The notes under the pieces are model-generated. The model was not told the DNA's origin. It worked only from the letters and a program-made list of their open reading frames with translations, and did not search any database. Made by a program: the position numbers and the translations under genes. A stretch of DNA of 64,000 nucleotides from a virus. Taxonomy: Duplodnaviria > Heunggongvirae > Uroviricota > Caudoviricetes. This document shows, piece by piece, positions 18,665-28,760 of this stretch. Where the stretch lies: IMG/VR virus record IMGVR_UViG_3300043395_001986, positions 1-64,000 of that record; one strand, written 5' to 3'. Position 1 is the stretch's first letter; every line of letters begins with the position of its first letter.

Positions 18665-18917
18665 AACCATCTCATATCGTATTTTAAGTACCATAATTGG
18701 TTTCTTATTAATGTGGTTGATAAGTGGTTCAATTAAAATAGGCGCCGCATTTGGGGTAGCAGAATTGATTTATAAACCTATTCAATACTATATTCACGAA
18801 AGAATATGGTATCGTTGGATTAAATACGGATTAAAAAATGATAACAATACCACAAACACCAATAACAGACGCATCATTCAAAAAGTGGGGAATAAAAAAA
18901 GTAAAAGAATTGGATGA
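18633..18917 (+). CDS. DUF2061-like membrane protein
   Basis: RHIAKTISYR...YYIHERIW. Confidence 0.8.
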   Translation: MIVERKRHIAKTISYRILSTIIGFLLMWLISGSIKIGAAFGVAELIYKPIQYYIHERIWYRWIKYGLKNDNNTTNTNNRRIIQKVGNKKSKRIG

Positions 18918-19155
18918 TATAACGGAATATTATTATTACATAATTCCGTTACCAAAAAATAATTATCCAAATAATGATATGAAACCATTTCTAATAACAT
19001 CTGCAAATGATGAAGCAAAAGAATTCGGAATACAATCAGGACAATTCATTGTAAGGTTATTTGAAGTGGGTGAGTTGCCACCACTAAAAACGGAAGAAGA
19101 AGTAGAATTATTATATTATTTATTAACAAAAGAAAACTTAAACTCTAAATTATGA
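18838..19155 (+). CDS. hypothetical protein
   Basis: 105-aa ORF. Confidence 0.6.
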   Translation: MITIPQTPITDASFKKWGIKKVKELDDITEYYYYIIPLPKNNYPNNDMKPFLITSANDEAKEFGIQSGQFIVRLFEVGELPPLKTEEEVELLYYLLTKENLNSKL

Positions 19156-19832
19156 AAAAAACAGAACAAGAATTAAAACAAAATTACGATAAGTTCATCG
19201 CAATTATAAAAAAGTATTTCACAGGCGAAAGATTGGAAAAACTTTTATTTATGTATTCCGAAGATGAATTGGGTGGAAACTTAATAGTATCACCGGCAAG
19301 TGGTAACAAAAATTATCACAATGCATATGAAGGTGGTTATATTGACCACATTTTTAATGTATGTAAAAACGCTTTAAAAATGAAAAAAACATTTGAGGAA
19401 GCGGGTGGTGTGTGTGATTTTACAGAAGAAGAGTTAATCTTTGTTGCCCTACATCATGATTTGGGTAAATTGGGTACAAAGGAAGAATTACATTATATAC
19501 CAAACGATAGTAAATGGCATGTTGAAAATAGAGGTGAACTATATAAAAGAAACGAAAAAAATTCTTTTATGGCAATAACCGATAGAACATTATTTACACT
19601 ATCTCAATATGGTATCGTTATAAATGAAAATGAATATTTCGGCATAAAACTTACCGATGGTTTATATGATGAAGATAATGAAAAGTATTTCAAAGTATTT
19701 GATACTTCTAAATATCTTAAATCCAACATCCAATATATTATGCATTGGGCAGACCATATGAGTACAATCATAGAAAGACAGTCGGCAATCAATGAAACTG
19801 ACAAATTTTCACTTTCTTTTGGAAAATTCTAA
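19152..19832 (+). CDS. HD-domain phosphohydrolase
   Basis: YHNAYEGGYIDH, HHDLGK, HWAD. Confidence 0.85.
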   Translation: MKKTEQELKQNYDKFIAIIKKYFTGERLEKLLFMYSEDELGGNLIVSPASGNKNYHNAYEGGYIDHIFNVCKNALKMKKTFEEAGGVCDFTEEELIFVALHHDLGKLGTKEELHYIPNDSKWHVENRGELYKRNEKNSFMAITDRTLFTLSQYGIVINENEYFGIKLTDGLYDEDNEKYFKVFDTSKYLKSNIQYIMHWADHMSTIIERQSAINETDKFSLSFGKF

Positions 19833-19905
19833 CATTTTGTCATAAATAATCTATTGGTATATGATTTGTATTATATAGATTATTATTAACTAAAAAATTA
19901 AAATT

Positions 19906-20307
19906 ATGTTTTTAACAACAAAGAAAAATTGGGAAACATTTGACAATGTATTTGATTCAATCTTTAATGATGAATTTTTTAAAAATCGTAATTACCAATA
20001 CACTAACTCTAAACTTGCCATTGAGATTTTAGATGATAAAGCGGTAATTGCACTATCTGTTTTAGGACATGATAAAGAGGATATTTCAATAGAATTGCAC
20101 GAGGATGTAATTTATGTAAAATCCGCTCAAAAAGAATTAACAAATGTTCAGAAACAACTTATTTCTAAAATTGAAGAAAGAATCAATGTAGGTGATAAAT
20201 TTGATGGAGAAAAAGCAGAAGCAAAAATCATAAATGGTATTCTTTATTTAAACATTCCTAAAAAAGAAGAAGCTAAACCAAAAAAATTAGCTATTAAAGT
20301 TGGTTAA
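19906..20307 (+). CDS. small heat shock protein (Hsp20/alpha-crystallin)
   Basis: AKIINGILYLNIPK, C-terminal IKV motif. Confidence 0.85.
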   Translation: MFLTTKKNWETFDNVFDSIFNDEFFKNRNYQYTNSKLAIEILDDKAVIALSVLGHDKEDISIELHEDVIYVKSAQKELTNVQKQLISKIEERINVGDKFDGEKAEAKIINGILYLNIPKKEEAKPKKLAIKVG

Positions 20308-20330
20308 TTCAGTTATTTTTCTTAACTTTG

Positions 20331-20358
20331 AGGGTGGTCATAAAGACTACCCTTTTTT
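20331..20358 (+). terminator. rho-independent terminator after Hsp20
   Basis: AGGGTGGTC-ATAAA-GACTACCCT followed by a T-tract. Confidence 0.8.
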
Positions 20359-20379
20359 ATTTTTAAATATTTATAGATT

Positions 20380-20565
20380 ATGAGATACAAAGAACAAATT
20401 ACACAAAAGCTCGAAGGAGCAAAAACAAGACAAGATTACGCTAGAAGAATTATAGAGGGTGTACAACCTGGTTCTAAAGAAGATGTTATTAAATATCTAA
20501 AAGAGGCTACAACTTTGGTTGAGAGAGCTCAAGAATTAATTGAACTAGAAAGAACAACTAATTAA
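20380..20565 (+). CDS. hypothetical helical protein
   Basis: 61-aa ORF directly after TATTTATA. Confidence 0.65.
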   Translation: MRYKEQITQKLEGAKTRQDYARRIIEGVQPGSKEDVIKYLKEATTLVERAQELIELERTTN

Positions 20566-20569
20566 AACT

Positions 20570-21661
20570 ATGAATTGGCTTAAATGGCTTGTTGGATTTT
20601 CCGCATTAATCATTGCAGGTTGTGCGGCATTTTTTTCAGTAACCGGATTGGGCGTACTATTTAGTGGTGCTGCCGTATCGGTTATGATAATGGCAGGTTC
20701 ATTAGAACTTGCAAAATTGGTTGCAGCAACTTATTTAAAACAAAAATGGGATGAAATCAAAGGTTTTAATAAATGGTATCTAACATCTGCAGTAATTTTA
20801 CTAATGTTAATTACTTCCGCAGGTATATTTGGTTATCTTTCTAACGCGTTTCAAGCACAATCCCTTAAATTACAAGTAGTAGATAGGGAAATCGCGGTGT
20901 GGCAAACAAAAATAGACCAAAATACTGCTCAAATTACTCAATTAAATCAACAATTAAGTGGGCTATCACAGACTCAGTCAACAATTTTAGAAAAAGGTAA
21001 AGTAAATTCTCGTTTATTGCGTAGTATTGATAATAAAGACCGTCAAACTACTCAAATTAACAAAAAAATTGATGTTTTACAAACTGAAAATGCTCAAAAT
21101 ACGGAAAAAATTAACGAAATTAAATTAAAAAATTTAGATTTAGAAAAAGAAGTAGGTGGGTTCCGATTTGTTGCAGATGCATTTGGTATGGAATTGAAAA
21201 ATGTAGTAAAATTCTTCATATTTTTAATTGTAATAGTGTTTGACCCTTTGGCGGTAGCACTTATTATCGCATTTAATGGTTTAATTGAAACAAAAAAAGA
21301 AAAACAAAGAAGAATTATTGGTGAAATGATTGAAAATAACCAAAAATTGGGATTCTATGATGATTTAGTAGAAAAAAATTACGAAATTTACGGAGATAAT
21401 GGAAAAAATTATTCAATTGAAGAAAAAAATGAAGCTATACTAGAAAATAATACACAAATTGATACAGCATATGATGATATAGTAGATAAGGATATTCCAT
21501 ACTACCTACAATCTGATTTTGATTGGAAAAATACAAGTAGATGGATAAATGATGTAAATGCAGTGAATTATTGGATGCGAAATAAAGGTGGAAACACAAA
21601 AGAACTCACTAGATTGAAAGATGAATTACCAAATAAAGATTTAACTAAACAATACATATGA
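20570..21661 (+). CDS. membrane protein with coiled coil
   Basis: N-terminal TM helices, GIFGYLS, coiled coil, VFDPLAV TM segment. Confidence 0.7.
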   Translation: MNWLKWLVGFSALIIAGCAAFFSVTGLGVLFSGAAVSVMIMAGSLELAKLVAATYLKQKWDEIKGFNKWYLTSAVILLMLITSAGIFGYLSNAFQAQSLKLQVVDREIAVWQTKIDQNTAQITQLNQQLSGLSQTQSTILEKGKVNSRLLRSIDNKDRQTTQINKKIDVLQTENAQNTEKINEIKLKNLDLEKEVGGFRFVADAFGMELKNVVKFFIFLIVIVFDPLAVALIIAFNGLIETKKEKQRRIIGEMIENNQKLGFYDDLVEKNYEIYGDNGKNYSIEEKNEAILENNTQIDTAYDDIVDKDIPYYLQSDFDWKNTSRWINDVNAVNYWMRNKGGNTKELTRLKDELPNKDLTKQYI

Positions 21662-22554
21662 GAAATTTAGGTTATGCGTGTATCAATATTAGTATGGGTA
21701 AAAAGGTCGGTACTAATAGAACAATGGTTAAGAGAACATATCAGGCGAAAGGTTTAGATTATGTTTCCGAACTTGCATTAAAAAACGCAAGTGACATAAT
21801 TAAGATATTAGAATGGAATAGATTGAATGGTATCAATTTCTTCCGTTTATCATCTGCCATTATCCCATGGGGTGATGATTTTAATGATTTTACTCTGTTA
21901 AAAGATTACAAAGAAATCAAAAGAGAATTAAAGAAAGCAGGTGATTATGCTAAGTTTTGGAATATGAGAATCACTTGTCATCCTGGTCCTTATGTAGTAT
22001 TAACATCGCCAACTGAAAGTGTAGTAGCAAACGCTATTAATAATTTAGAAATGCATGGTAAGATATTTGACCTAATGGGTTTATCACAAACCCCATACAA
22101 TAAGATTAATATTCATTGTAATGGTGTTTACGGAGATAAAAAATCTGCTATGGATAGATTTATCAAAAACTACAAACGTCTCTCTAAATCGGTGCAAAAT
22201 AGGCTGACAGTTGAGAACGATGATAAGGCATCAATGTATTCAGTAAGAGACCTAATGTATATTCATGAAAAGATTGGTATTCCAATTGTATTTGATTATC
22301 ATCATCATCAATTTTGTACAGGAGACCTTACAGAAGAACAAGCGATTAAATTAGCAGCAACAACTTGGCCCGAAGGAATTGCACCCGTTGTACATTATTC
22401 TGAATCAAAAGCATTGCATGAAAATAACTCAAAAGAAAAACCACAAGCACATTCCGATTATATTAATTCCCTTCCAAATACATATAATTTAGATGTAGAT
22501 ATTATGATTGAGGCAAAAGCAAAAGAATTAGCAATATTACCTTACTTAAAATAA
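21658..22554 (+). CDS. uvsE: UV-damage endonuclease
   Basis: LGYACIN, FFRLSS, HPG, ENDD, FDYHHH, HSD, MIEAKAKE. Confidence 0.92.
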   Translation: MRNLGYACINISMGKKVGTNRTMVKRTYQAKGLDYVSELALKNASDIIKILEWNRLNGINFFRLSSAIIPWGDDFNDFTLLKDYKEIKRELKKAGDYAKFWNMRITCHPGPYVVLTSPTESVVANAINNLEMHGKIFDLMGLSQTPYNKINIHCNGVYGDKKSAMDRFIKNYKRLSKSVQNRLTVENDDKASMYSVRDLMYIHEKIGIPIVFDYHHHQFCTGDLTEEQAIKLAATTWPEGIAPVVHYSESKALHENNSKEKPQAHSDYINSLPNTYNLDVDIMIEAKAKELAILPYLK

Positions 22555-22560
22555 AAAATT

Positions 22561-22971
22561 ATGGCATATAGTGAAAAAGTTTTAGACCATTATAGTAACC
22601 CAAAAAATGTAGGTACTCTGGATAAGAGTAAATCCAATGTGGGTACTGGTTTGGTTGGTGCACCTGAATGTGGTGACGTAATGAGACTTCAAATTGAAGT
22701 AAACGATGGGTTAATAACCGATGCTAAATTCAAAACATTTGGTTGCGGAAGTGCTATTGCGGCATCTTCATTAGCAACGGAATGGTTGAAAGGAAAGAGT
22801 TTGGATGAAGCCGTTACAATTGATAATATGGATTTAGTGGAAGAACTAAACTTACCACCTGTTAAAATACATTGTTCAGTATTGGCAGAAGACGCAATCA
22901 AATCGGCAATTAACGATTATAGAAAAAAACAAGGATTAGAAGAATTAGTATTTGAAGAAAAATTACATTAA
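22561..22971 (+). CDS. iscU: Fe-S cluster scaffold IscU
   Basis: GAPECGDVM, FGCGSAIA, LPPVKIHC. Confidence 0.95.
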   Translation: MAYSEKVLDHYSNPKNVGTLDKSKSNVGTGLVGAPECGDVMRLQIEVNDGLITDAKFKTFGCGSAIAASSLATEWLKGKSLDEAVTIDNMDLVEELNLPPVKIHCSVLAEDAIKSAINDYRKKQGLEELVFEEKLH

Positions 22972-22972
22972 A

Positions 22973-23512
22973 ATGCAGTTACAACAAATTTACGAAGAAA
23001 AATGTTTAATACCATCGGATATTAATGAACATTTACCTACATTAAAAAAATATGCAGAAGAATGTGAACACATTACCGAAATGGGAGTTAGGTGGATAGT
23101 ATCAACTTATGCATTTTTAATGGGTAAACCAAAAAGAATGATTTCCTATGATATTAATCCTGTAAATTGGGAGTGGATAAAGGATTTAGTAAAAGAAGAT
23201 ACAGATTTCCAATTTATTGTTGGAGATACAACAAAAATAGAAATAGAAGAAACTGATTTACTTTTTATAGATACGTGGCATGTTTATGAACAATTAAAAG
23301 TAGAATTAAAGTTACATGCAAATAAGGCTAGTAAATATATCATACTGCATGATACTACAACATTTGAATTTATAGGTGAAACTATAACAAGTGATGTAGT
23401 TTATGACGGATTGTGGCCGGCAATTGAAGAATTTTTAGAAGAAAATCCACATTGGGAACTATTGGAGAGATATTATAACAATAATGGTTTAACAATCTTA
23501 AAAAGAAAATAA
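22973..23512 (+). CDS. class I SAM methyltransferase (Methyltransf_24-like)
   Basis: EMGVR, LFIDTWH, ILHDT, NNNGL. Confidence 0.75.
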   Translation: MQLQQIYEEKCLIPSDINEHLPTLKKYAEECEHITEMGVRWIVSTYAFLMGKPKRMISYDINPVNWEWIKDLVKEDTDFQFIVGDTTKIEIEETDLLFIDTWHVYEQLKVELKLHANKASKYIILHDTTTFEFIGETITSDVVYDGLWPAIEEFLEENPHWELLERYYNNNGLTILKRK

Positions 23513-24504
23513 TGAAAGTTTTAATTACAGGTGTAGCTGGTTTATTAGGTAGTAGATTGGCAGAATACATCGTAAACAATGTACCAAACGCAGAAATTAT
23601 TGGTATAGATGATTTAAGTGGTGGTTATAAAGAAAATGTACCAAATGGAGTGACATTATGGCAAATGGATTTGGTAAAACACCCAATTGAGAATTGTTTT
23701 GAAACTCATAAGTTTGATTATGTGTTTCATTTAGCTGCATATGCAGCAGAAGGGTTATCACCATTTATCCGTCAGTACAATTACGAAAACAATTTAGTTG
23801 CAACGGCAAGAGTAGTAAATCAATGCATTAAACATAATGTTAAACGATTAATATTCACATCTACATTAGCAGTATACGGACATGGTGAAGGTGGCGTCTT
23901 TGATGAGAAGCAACAACCTGCTCCGATTGACCCTTATGGTGTTGCAAAGTATGGTTGTGAAATGGATATCCAAATTGCAGGTGACCAACATGATTTAGAT
24001 TGGTGTATTATTCGTCCTCACAATGTTTATGGTAGAAATCAAAACATTTGGGATAAATATCGTAATGTATTAGGTATTTGGATGTACCAACATTTAAATA
24101 ATCAACCAATGACTATATTTGGTGATGGTGAACAAACTAGAGCATTTAGTTGTATTGATGATATTGTTGAACCCTTATGGAAATCAGCAATCTTACCGGA
24201 AGCGTCTAAACAAATTATCAATTTAGGTGGTGTAGAAGAGTGGACAGTTAATAAAGCAAGTGAAGTATTGAGAAAAGTAATTGGTAGTGGTGAAGTAGTT
24301 TATAAAGAAGGTAGACACGAAGTTAAACATGCTATTCCAACTTGGCAGAAATCTATTGATATATTAGGATTTGAACATAAAACTGATTTTGAACATGGAT
24401 TGAGTGATATGTGGGAATGGGTACAAAAACAACCTAAAAGAGAACAATTTGTTTGGGACTCGTATGAATTAGATAATGGAATTTATTCATTTTGGAAAAA
24501 ATAG
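23512..24504 (+). CDS. NAD-dependent nucleotide-sugar epimerase/dehydratase
   Basis: TGVAGLLG, YGVAK, RPHNVYG. Confidence 0.92.
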   Translation: MKVLITGVAGLLGSRLAEYIVNNVPNAEIIGIDDLSGGYKENVPNGVTLWQMDLVKHPIENCFETHKFDYVFHLAAYAAEGLSPFIRQYNYENNLVATARVVNQCIKHNVKRLIFTSTLAVYGHGEGGVFDEKQQPAPIDPYGVAKYGCEMDIQIAGDQHDLDWCIIRPHNVYGRNQNIWDKYRNVLGIWMYQHLNNQPMTIFGDGEQTRAFSCIDDIVEPLWKSAILPEASKQIINLGGVEEWTVNKASEVLRKVIGSGEVVYKEGRHEVKHAIPTWQKSIDILGFEHKTDFEHGLSDMWEWVQKQPKREQFVWDSYELDNGIYSFWKK

Positions 24505-24506
24505 TT

Positions 24507-25244
24507 ATGATTAAAAATCTAGTATATTATTGTTATTTTGAAAATTCAGAAATAAACGAATATGCAAAATATAATTTAAAATTATTATTAGGTTATTTAC
24601 ATATTTTTGATGGACAAAGAATTATTAAAATTGCAGTAGATGATTTATCAAAAAACAATAGTCATTTAGAATCATTATTTCCAAACTGCGAAATAGAAAT
24701 AGTGCAAAATAATAAAGAAACAAGAGAATCTGAATATTTTATAGAATCACTTAAACAAATTAAAGATAAAAACTCACTTACTTTTTTTGCACATAATAAA
24801 GGTAGTAAAAGTGGAGGTGATGGTAATAATGTAGTAAAAGTTTGGTTACTATCAATGTATTTTTTTAATTTAGAAAATATTTTTTTCAAAAATATTGAGA
24901 AGAATCTAATAGATGATAAAACATTTAGTGGTATTATGCAAATAACCACACCATGTCCACCTTGGGTAGAAAGTGATTGGCATTATAGTGGAACATTTTT
25001 TTGGTTTAATACACAAAAATTATTTAGTATAAATGGATGGGATAAGTTTGAAAAAGGAAGATTTTCAGTAGAAGGGTATCCTGGTAAAATGGTAAATGTT
25101 TCACAATCACATGTCACATTATGTACTAGAAATTATAATTTTAATTCTTATATGAGTACAATATGGAATCAAATTATAAACGAAAAAAGTCTGGGGTCAC
25201 ACATATATTCATTATATTTACAACTATATAAACAAATATTTTAA
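24507..25244 (+). CDS. putative glycosyltransferase-related protein
   Basis: FAHNKG...HYSGTFFW pattern; lies in a sugar cassette. Confidence 0.4.
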   Translation: MIKNLVYYCYFENSEINEYAKYNLKLLLGYLHIFDGQRIIKIAVDDLSKNNSHLESLFPNCEIEIVQNNKETRESEYFIESLKQIKDKNSLTFFAHNKGSKSGGDGNNVVKVWLLSMYFFNLENIFFKNIEKNLIDDKTFSGIMQITTPCPPWVESDWHYSGTFFWFNTQKLFSINGWDKFEKGRFSVEGYPGKMVNVSQSHVTLCTRNYNFNSYMSTIWNQIINEKSLGSHIYSLYLQLYKQIF

Positions 25245-25248
25245 AAAA

Positions 25249-25881
25249 ATGTATTCAGTTATTATACCTACGATGTGGAAATGTGATAGATTTCAACAAA
25301 CATTAAGAGAATTAAGTGCACATGAATTAGTTGGAGAAATTATTTTAATAGATAATACAACAAATGATTTAAAAATAGAATTACCTAAATTAATTCATAT
25401 TTTAGAAGGAAAAAACACATATGTTACTGCACCTTGGAATAAAGGAGCTAAAATGGCACAATATGATAAACTTTTAATCCTAAATGATGATATATGGATG
25501 GATTGGAACATTCTTAATATATTAGAGCCACATATAACAGAACAAATTGGATTAATAGGATTAGATGAAATAGAATACAATGTAAAACCAATTAAATCAT
25601 TTGGGCTAGAGCCAATTGAAAGAAGAAATGGTGGATGGGGATGTGCAATATTTGTACATAAAGAAAATTACACCCTAATACCAGAAGAAATGAAATTATG
25701 GGGACAAGATGATTGGTTATTTGTTAAAGCACGAAATAGAAGAAAACAAAACTATAAATTAGTAGGATATACTATTAACGGAGAACTATCAGTAACTAAT
25801 AATATTTTAGATGCGGATCCTGATATTCACTCGATAAGAGAAAACGATTTAAGATTAAAACAACAATATAATTTATTTTAA
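25249..25881 (+). CDS. GT2 glycosyltransferase
   Basis: SVIIPT, ILIDN, WNKG, LNDD. Confidence 0.85.
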   Translation: MYSVIIPTMWKCDRFQQTLRELSAHELVGEIILIDNTTNDLKIELPKLIHILEGKNTYVTAPWNKGAKMAQYDKLLILNDDIWMDWNILNILEPHITEQIGLIGLDEIEYNVKPIKSFGLEPIERRNGGWGCAIFVHKENYTLIPEEMKLWGQDDWLFVKARNRRKQNYKLVGYTINGELSVTNNILDADPDIHSIRENDLRLKQQYNLF

Positions 25882-25882
25882 T

Positions 25883-26539
25883 ATGTACTTACAAACACCT
25901 TATAAAATTAGTTACGATACACAAAAATATCCATTTAGAGAAATTGTTTCAAAAATGTTGGAAGTATGGGAAGGAGACACTATTCCATTGGAAGAATTGC
26001 ATAAATTGCAACATTATGATTTATTAGTAAGAGAAAAAGACCAATCTACAATTTGGCATAAAAGATATTACGAAAAATATAAAACGGATTTCTTACCTAC
26101 CTATTTAGAATTTGTAAAAGAACTTAAAGAAAGGTTTGGATATGATGAAGTTATTTATCAGGCTATCCCTACATTTAGAGTTCAATTAGCAGAAGGTAAT
26201 TTGGGTGTAGGTGAGTGGCATAAGGATAGAACTTACAACCATGGAACTACCGAAGTGAATTTTTGGATGCCATTCGTAAATACTAACGAACAAAACACAA
26301 TATGGATGGAGAGTGTAGAGGATAAAGGTGATTATAAACCTTATACTGTCAATTATGGTGAAATATTGGTATTTAGTGGTGCTAATTTATATCATGGTAA
26401 TAAAAACAATGATAGTAACCAAACCAGAGTATCGGTTGATTTTCGTTTAGTAGACCCGGCTAAATTTATACCAAACGAAGCAGGTTCAATTAATATGAAA
26501 GCAAAATTTAATGTAGGCGGTTATTTTGAAAAATTATAA
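25883..26539 (+). CDS. StrG-like / 2OG-Fe(II) dioxygenase
   Basis: QAIPTFRV, WHKD, VNFWMP, YHGN, TRVSVDFR. Confidence 0.7.
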   Translation: MYLQTPYKISYDTQKYPFREIVSKMLEVWEGDTIPLEELHKLQHYDLLVREKDQSTIWHKRYYEKYKTDFLPTYLEFVKELKERFGYDEVIYQAIPTFRVQLAEGNLGVGEWHKDRTYNHGTTEVNFWMPFVNTNEQNTIWMESVEDKGDYKPYTVNYGEILVFSGANLYHGNKNNDSNQTRVSVDFRLVDPAKFIPNEAGSINMKAKFNVGGYFEKL

Positions 26540-26548
26540 ATAAAAAAT

Positions 26549-27106
26549 ATGAAAACATTAACAGAAATAATAGATTTTCATGGAAGTGATAAAAATTTAA
26601 GTGGATATACTAAAAAATATGAAGAACTTTTTGAAAGTATTAGAAATGAAAAATTTTCTATGTTAGAAATTGGAATAGGTACAATAAAACCTGGTGTAAA
26701 TAGTTCAATGGAAGCAACTAAAATCAAAAATTATAAGCCAGGTGCAAGCTTGAGAAGCTGGAAAGAATATTTTTCAAATGCCATGATTTATGGAGGGGAT
26801 GTACAAGATGATACTCAATTTGAAGAAGAAAGAATAAAAACTTTTTTATTTGATTCAACAAATAAAGAAGAATGTGATAATACATTGGGAAATATGACTT
26901 TCAAAATCATAATTGATGATGGATTACATACAGCAGATGCGCAGATTGCAACATATAACAATTTATATAAAAGAGTAGAGAATGGTGGTATTTATGTTAT
27001 AGAAGATATAAATCAAGGTAAAATAAGAGAATATATTTATAATATATTTGGAAGTGATAATGTTTATACATCTCAACCTGGAAATTTAATTATTATAAAA
27101 AAATGA
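26549..27106 (+). CDS. class I SAM methyltransferase (sugar O-methyltransferase-like)
   Basis: LEIGIG, GASLRSWKEYF, IIDDGLH, GIYVIED. Confidence 0.8.
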   Translation: MKTLTEIIDFHGSDKNLSGYTKKYEELFESIRNEKFSMLEIGIGTIKPGVNSSMEATKIKNYKPGASLRSWKEYFSNAMIYGGDVQDDTQFEEERIKTFLFDSTNKEECDNTLGNMTFKIIIDDGLHTADAQIATYNNLYKRVENGGIYVIEDINQGKIREYIYNIFGSDNVYTSQPGNLIIIKK

Positions 27107-27435
27107 TAACACTTAGCCCAAAAGCATTAGATAAAGTATTAAACCTAATGATAGAAGGTGGAATAAGTCCAGATACACATCATTTAAGAGTTGGTGTAAA
27201 AGGAGGAGGCTGCTCCGGTCTATCATATATGATGGATTTTGATGATAAGATTGAAGATACCGATGAAGTAGTAGAAGTTGAAGCGGGATTAAAAGTAGTT
27301 ATAGACCGAAAATCGGTATTATATTTATTTGGTACACAATTAACATATTCGGATGGATTAAATGGCAAGGGTTTTGCATGGGAGAACCCAAACGCCAGTA
27401 GAACATGCGGATGTGGAGAAAGTTTTGCATTATGA
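27103..27435 (+). CDS. iscA: A-type Fe-S carrier (IscA/HesB)
   Basis: GGGCSG, CGCGESF. Confidence 0.93.
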   Translation: MITLSPKALDKVLNLMIEGGISPDTHHLRVGVKGGGCSGLSYMMDFDDKIEDTDEVVEVEAGLKVVIDRKSVLYLFGTQLTYSDGLNGKGFAWENPNASRTCGCGESFAL

Positions 27436-27845
27436 TATTAAAACCACAAAAAGTAGAAAAATTATGGGGATATGAATTATGGATTCATAATGACCCACAA
27501 TATTGCGGAAAGTTATTAGTGTTCCCATTAAAAGGAAATCATTTTTCTATGCATTACCATATGATTAAAAATGAAACATGGTATGTACAGGATGGTAAAT
27601 TTCAATTTGATTGGATTGATACTGAAAATGCTAAACTAATGAGAACAATAATAAACAAAGGAGATGTTGTTTATATAGAAAAAGGAAAACCACACCAATT
27701 AACAGCATTGGAAGATGATTCGGTAATATTTGAAGTATCTACTGAACATTTTGATTATGATTCATACAGAGTTTACAGAGGTACTCCTTCTGAATTAGAA
27801 GAAAATATAAAATATGTTGAAAATATTTTGAATAAAACAAAATAA
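27432..27845 (+). CDS. cupin (sugar isomerase-like)
   Basis: KLWGYE, SMHYHMIKNETW, PHQL, EVST. Confidence 0.8.
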   Translation: MILKPQKVEKLWGYELWIHNDPQYCGKLLVFPLKGNHFSMHYHMIKNETWYVQDGKFQFDWIDTENAKLMRTIINKGDVVYIEKGKPHQLTALEDDSVIFEVSTEHFDYDSYRVYRGTPSELEENIKYVENILNKTK

Positions 27846-27857
27846 ATTGTATATTTG
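27827..27857 (+). promoter_or_regulatory. Bacteroidota sigma-A-type promoter
   Basis: TTTG(27827-30)-N19-TATATTTG(27850-57) upstream of def. Confidence 0.7.
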
Positions 27858-27874
27858 TAATAGAAATTTAAAAT

Positions 27875-28483
27875 ATGAAAATAGTTACTGATTTAACACT
27901 CTTAAAGAAAAGAGTAGAAAAGACAACATTCACAACGGAAGAACAAAATTTATGTGCAGCAGCATTATTAACTGCGGTCGCAAAACACAAAGGATTGGGA
28001 TTGGGTGCAAATCAAATAGGTCTAACCAAAAGAATGTGTGTTGTTAATGTTAAAGATAATCCATTGATATTAGTAAATCCAGAAATCAAAATGATTGTTG
28101 GTGAACCGATAATTTATATCGAAGGGTGTTTATCAATACCAAAAACTTTAAAAAAACCAATAAAGACAGTTAGAACTTCTAAACTCATTGTTTCAACAGA
28201 TAATTTAGGAGAATTGACATTTGGTATAGATAATGTTACTGATTTAAAGGGAGATGATTATTGGAATAATTTAGATTTATTAGAAGCAGTTTGTGTTCAA
28301 CATGAAATTGACCATTTAGATGGATTTACTATTAAAGATAGACAATATAATCCACAAGTAATAAAACAAAATGATTTTGGAAGAAATGAAAAAGTTATGG
28401 TAAAAAATCCTAATGGAGAAATTGAAACAATTAAATTTAAACATTTTCCTAAATATGCAGATTTAGGATATGAACTCGTATAA
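27875..28483 (+). CDS. def: peptide deformylase
   Basis: GLGANQIG, EGCLS, QHEIDHLDG. Confidence 0.93.
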   Translation: MKIVTDLTLLKKRVEKTTFTTEEQNLCAAALLTAVAKHKGLGLGANQIGLTKRMCVVNVKDNPLILVNPEIKMIVGEPIIYIEGCLSIPKTLKKPIKTVRTSKLIVSTDNLGELTFGIDNVTDLKGDDYWNNLDLLEAVCVQHEIDHLDGFTIKDRQYNPQVIKQNDFGRNEKVMVKNPNGEIETIKFKHFPKYADLGYELV

Positions 28484-28742
28484 GATGAACGAAGCAGAAT
28501 TAGTAGAACATCTTAATACAATTAGTAAAAATATTTTGAAATTAGAAATACTTTTATTAACTTTAACAGATGAATTAGAAAAACAAGGATTTGTAGTAAC
28601 AAAAGAGATTTTAGAAAAAGCAGATGAAGAATATGAGGATGCAATCTTTAAAGTTAAAGCTCAAGTTGAAACTAAAATAGAAGAAATAAAAAAAGATTTA
28701 CTTATGTCTAACATATTTTATGGGGCAAAAGGAGAAGCATAA
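28470..28742 (+). CDS. hypothetical protein
   Basis: 90-aa helical ORF. Confidence 0.6.
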   Translation: MNSYKMNEAELVEHLNTISKNILKLEILLLTLTDELEKQGFVVTKEILEKADEEYEDAIFKVKAQVETKIEEIKKDLLMSNIFYGAKGEA

Positions 28743-28760
28743 AACTTAAAACTTAAAACT

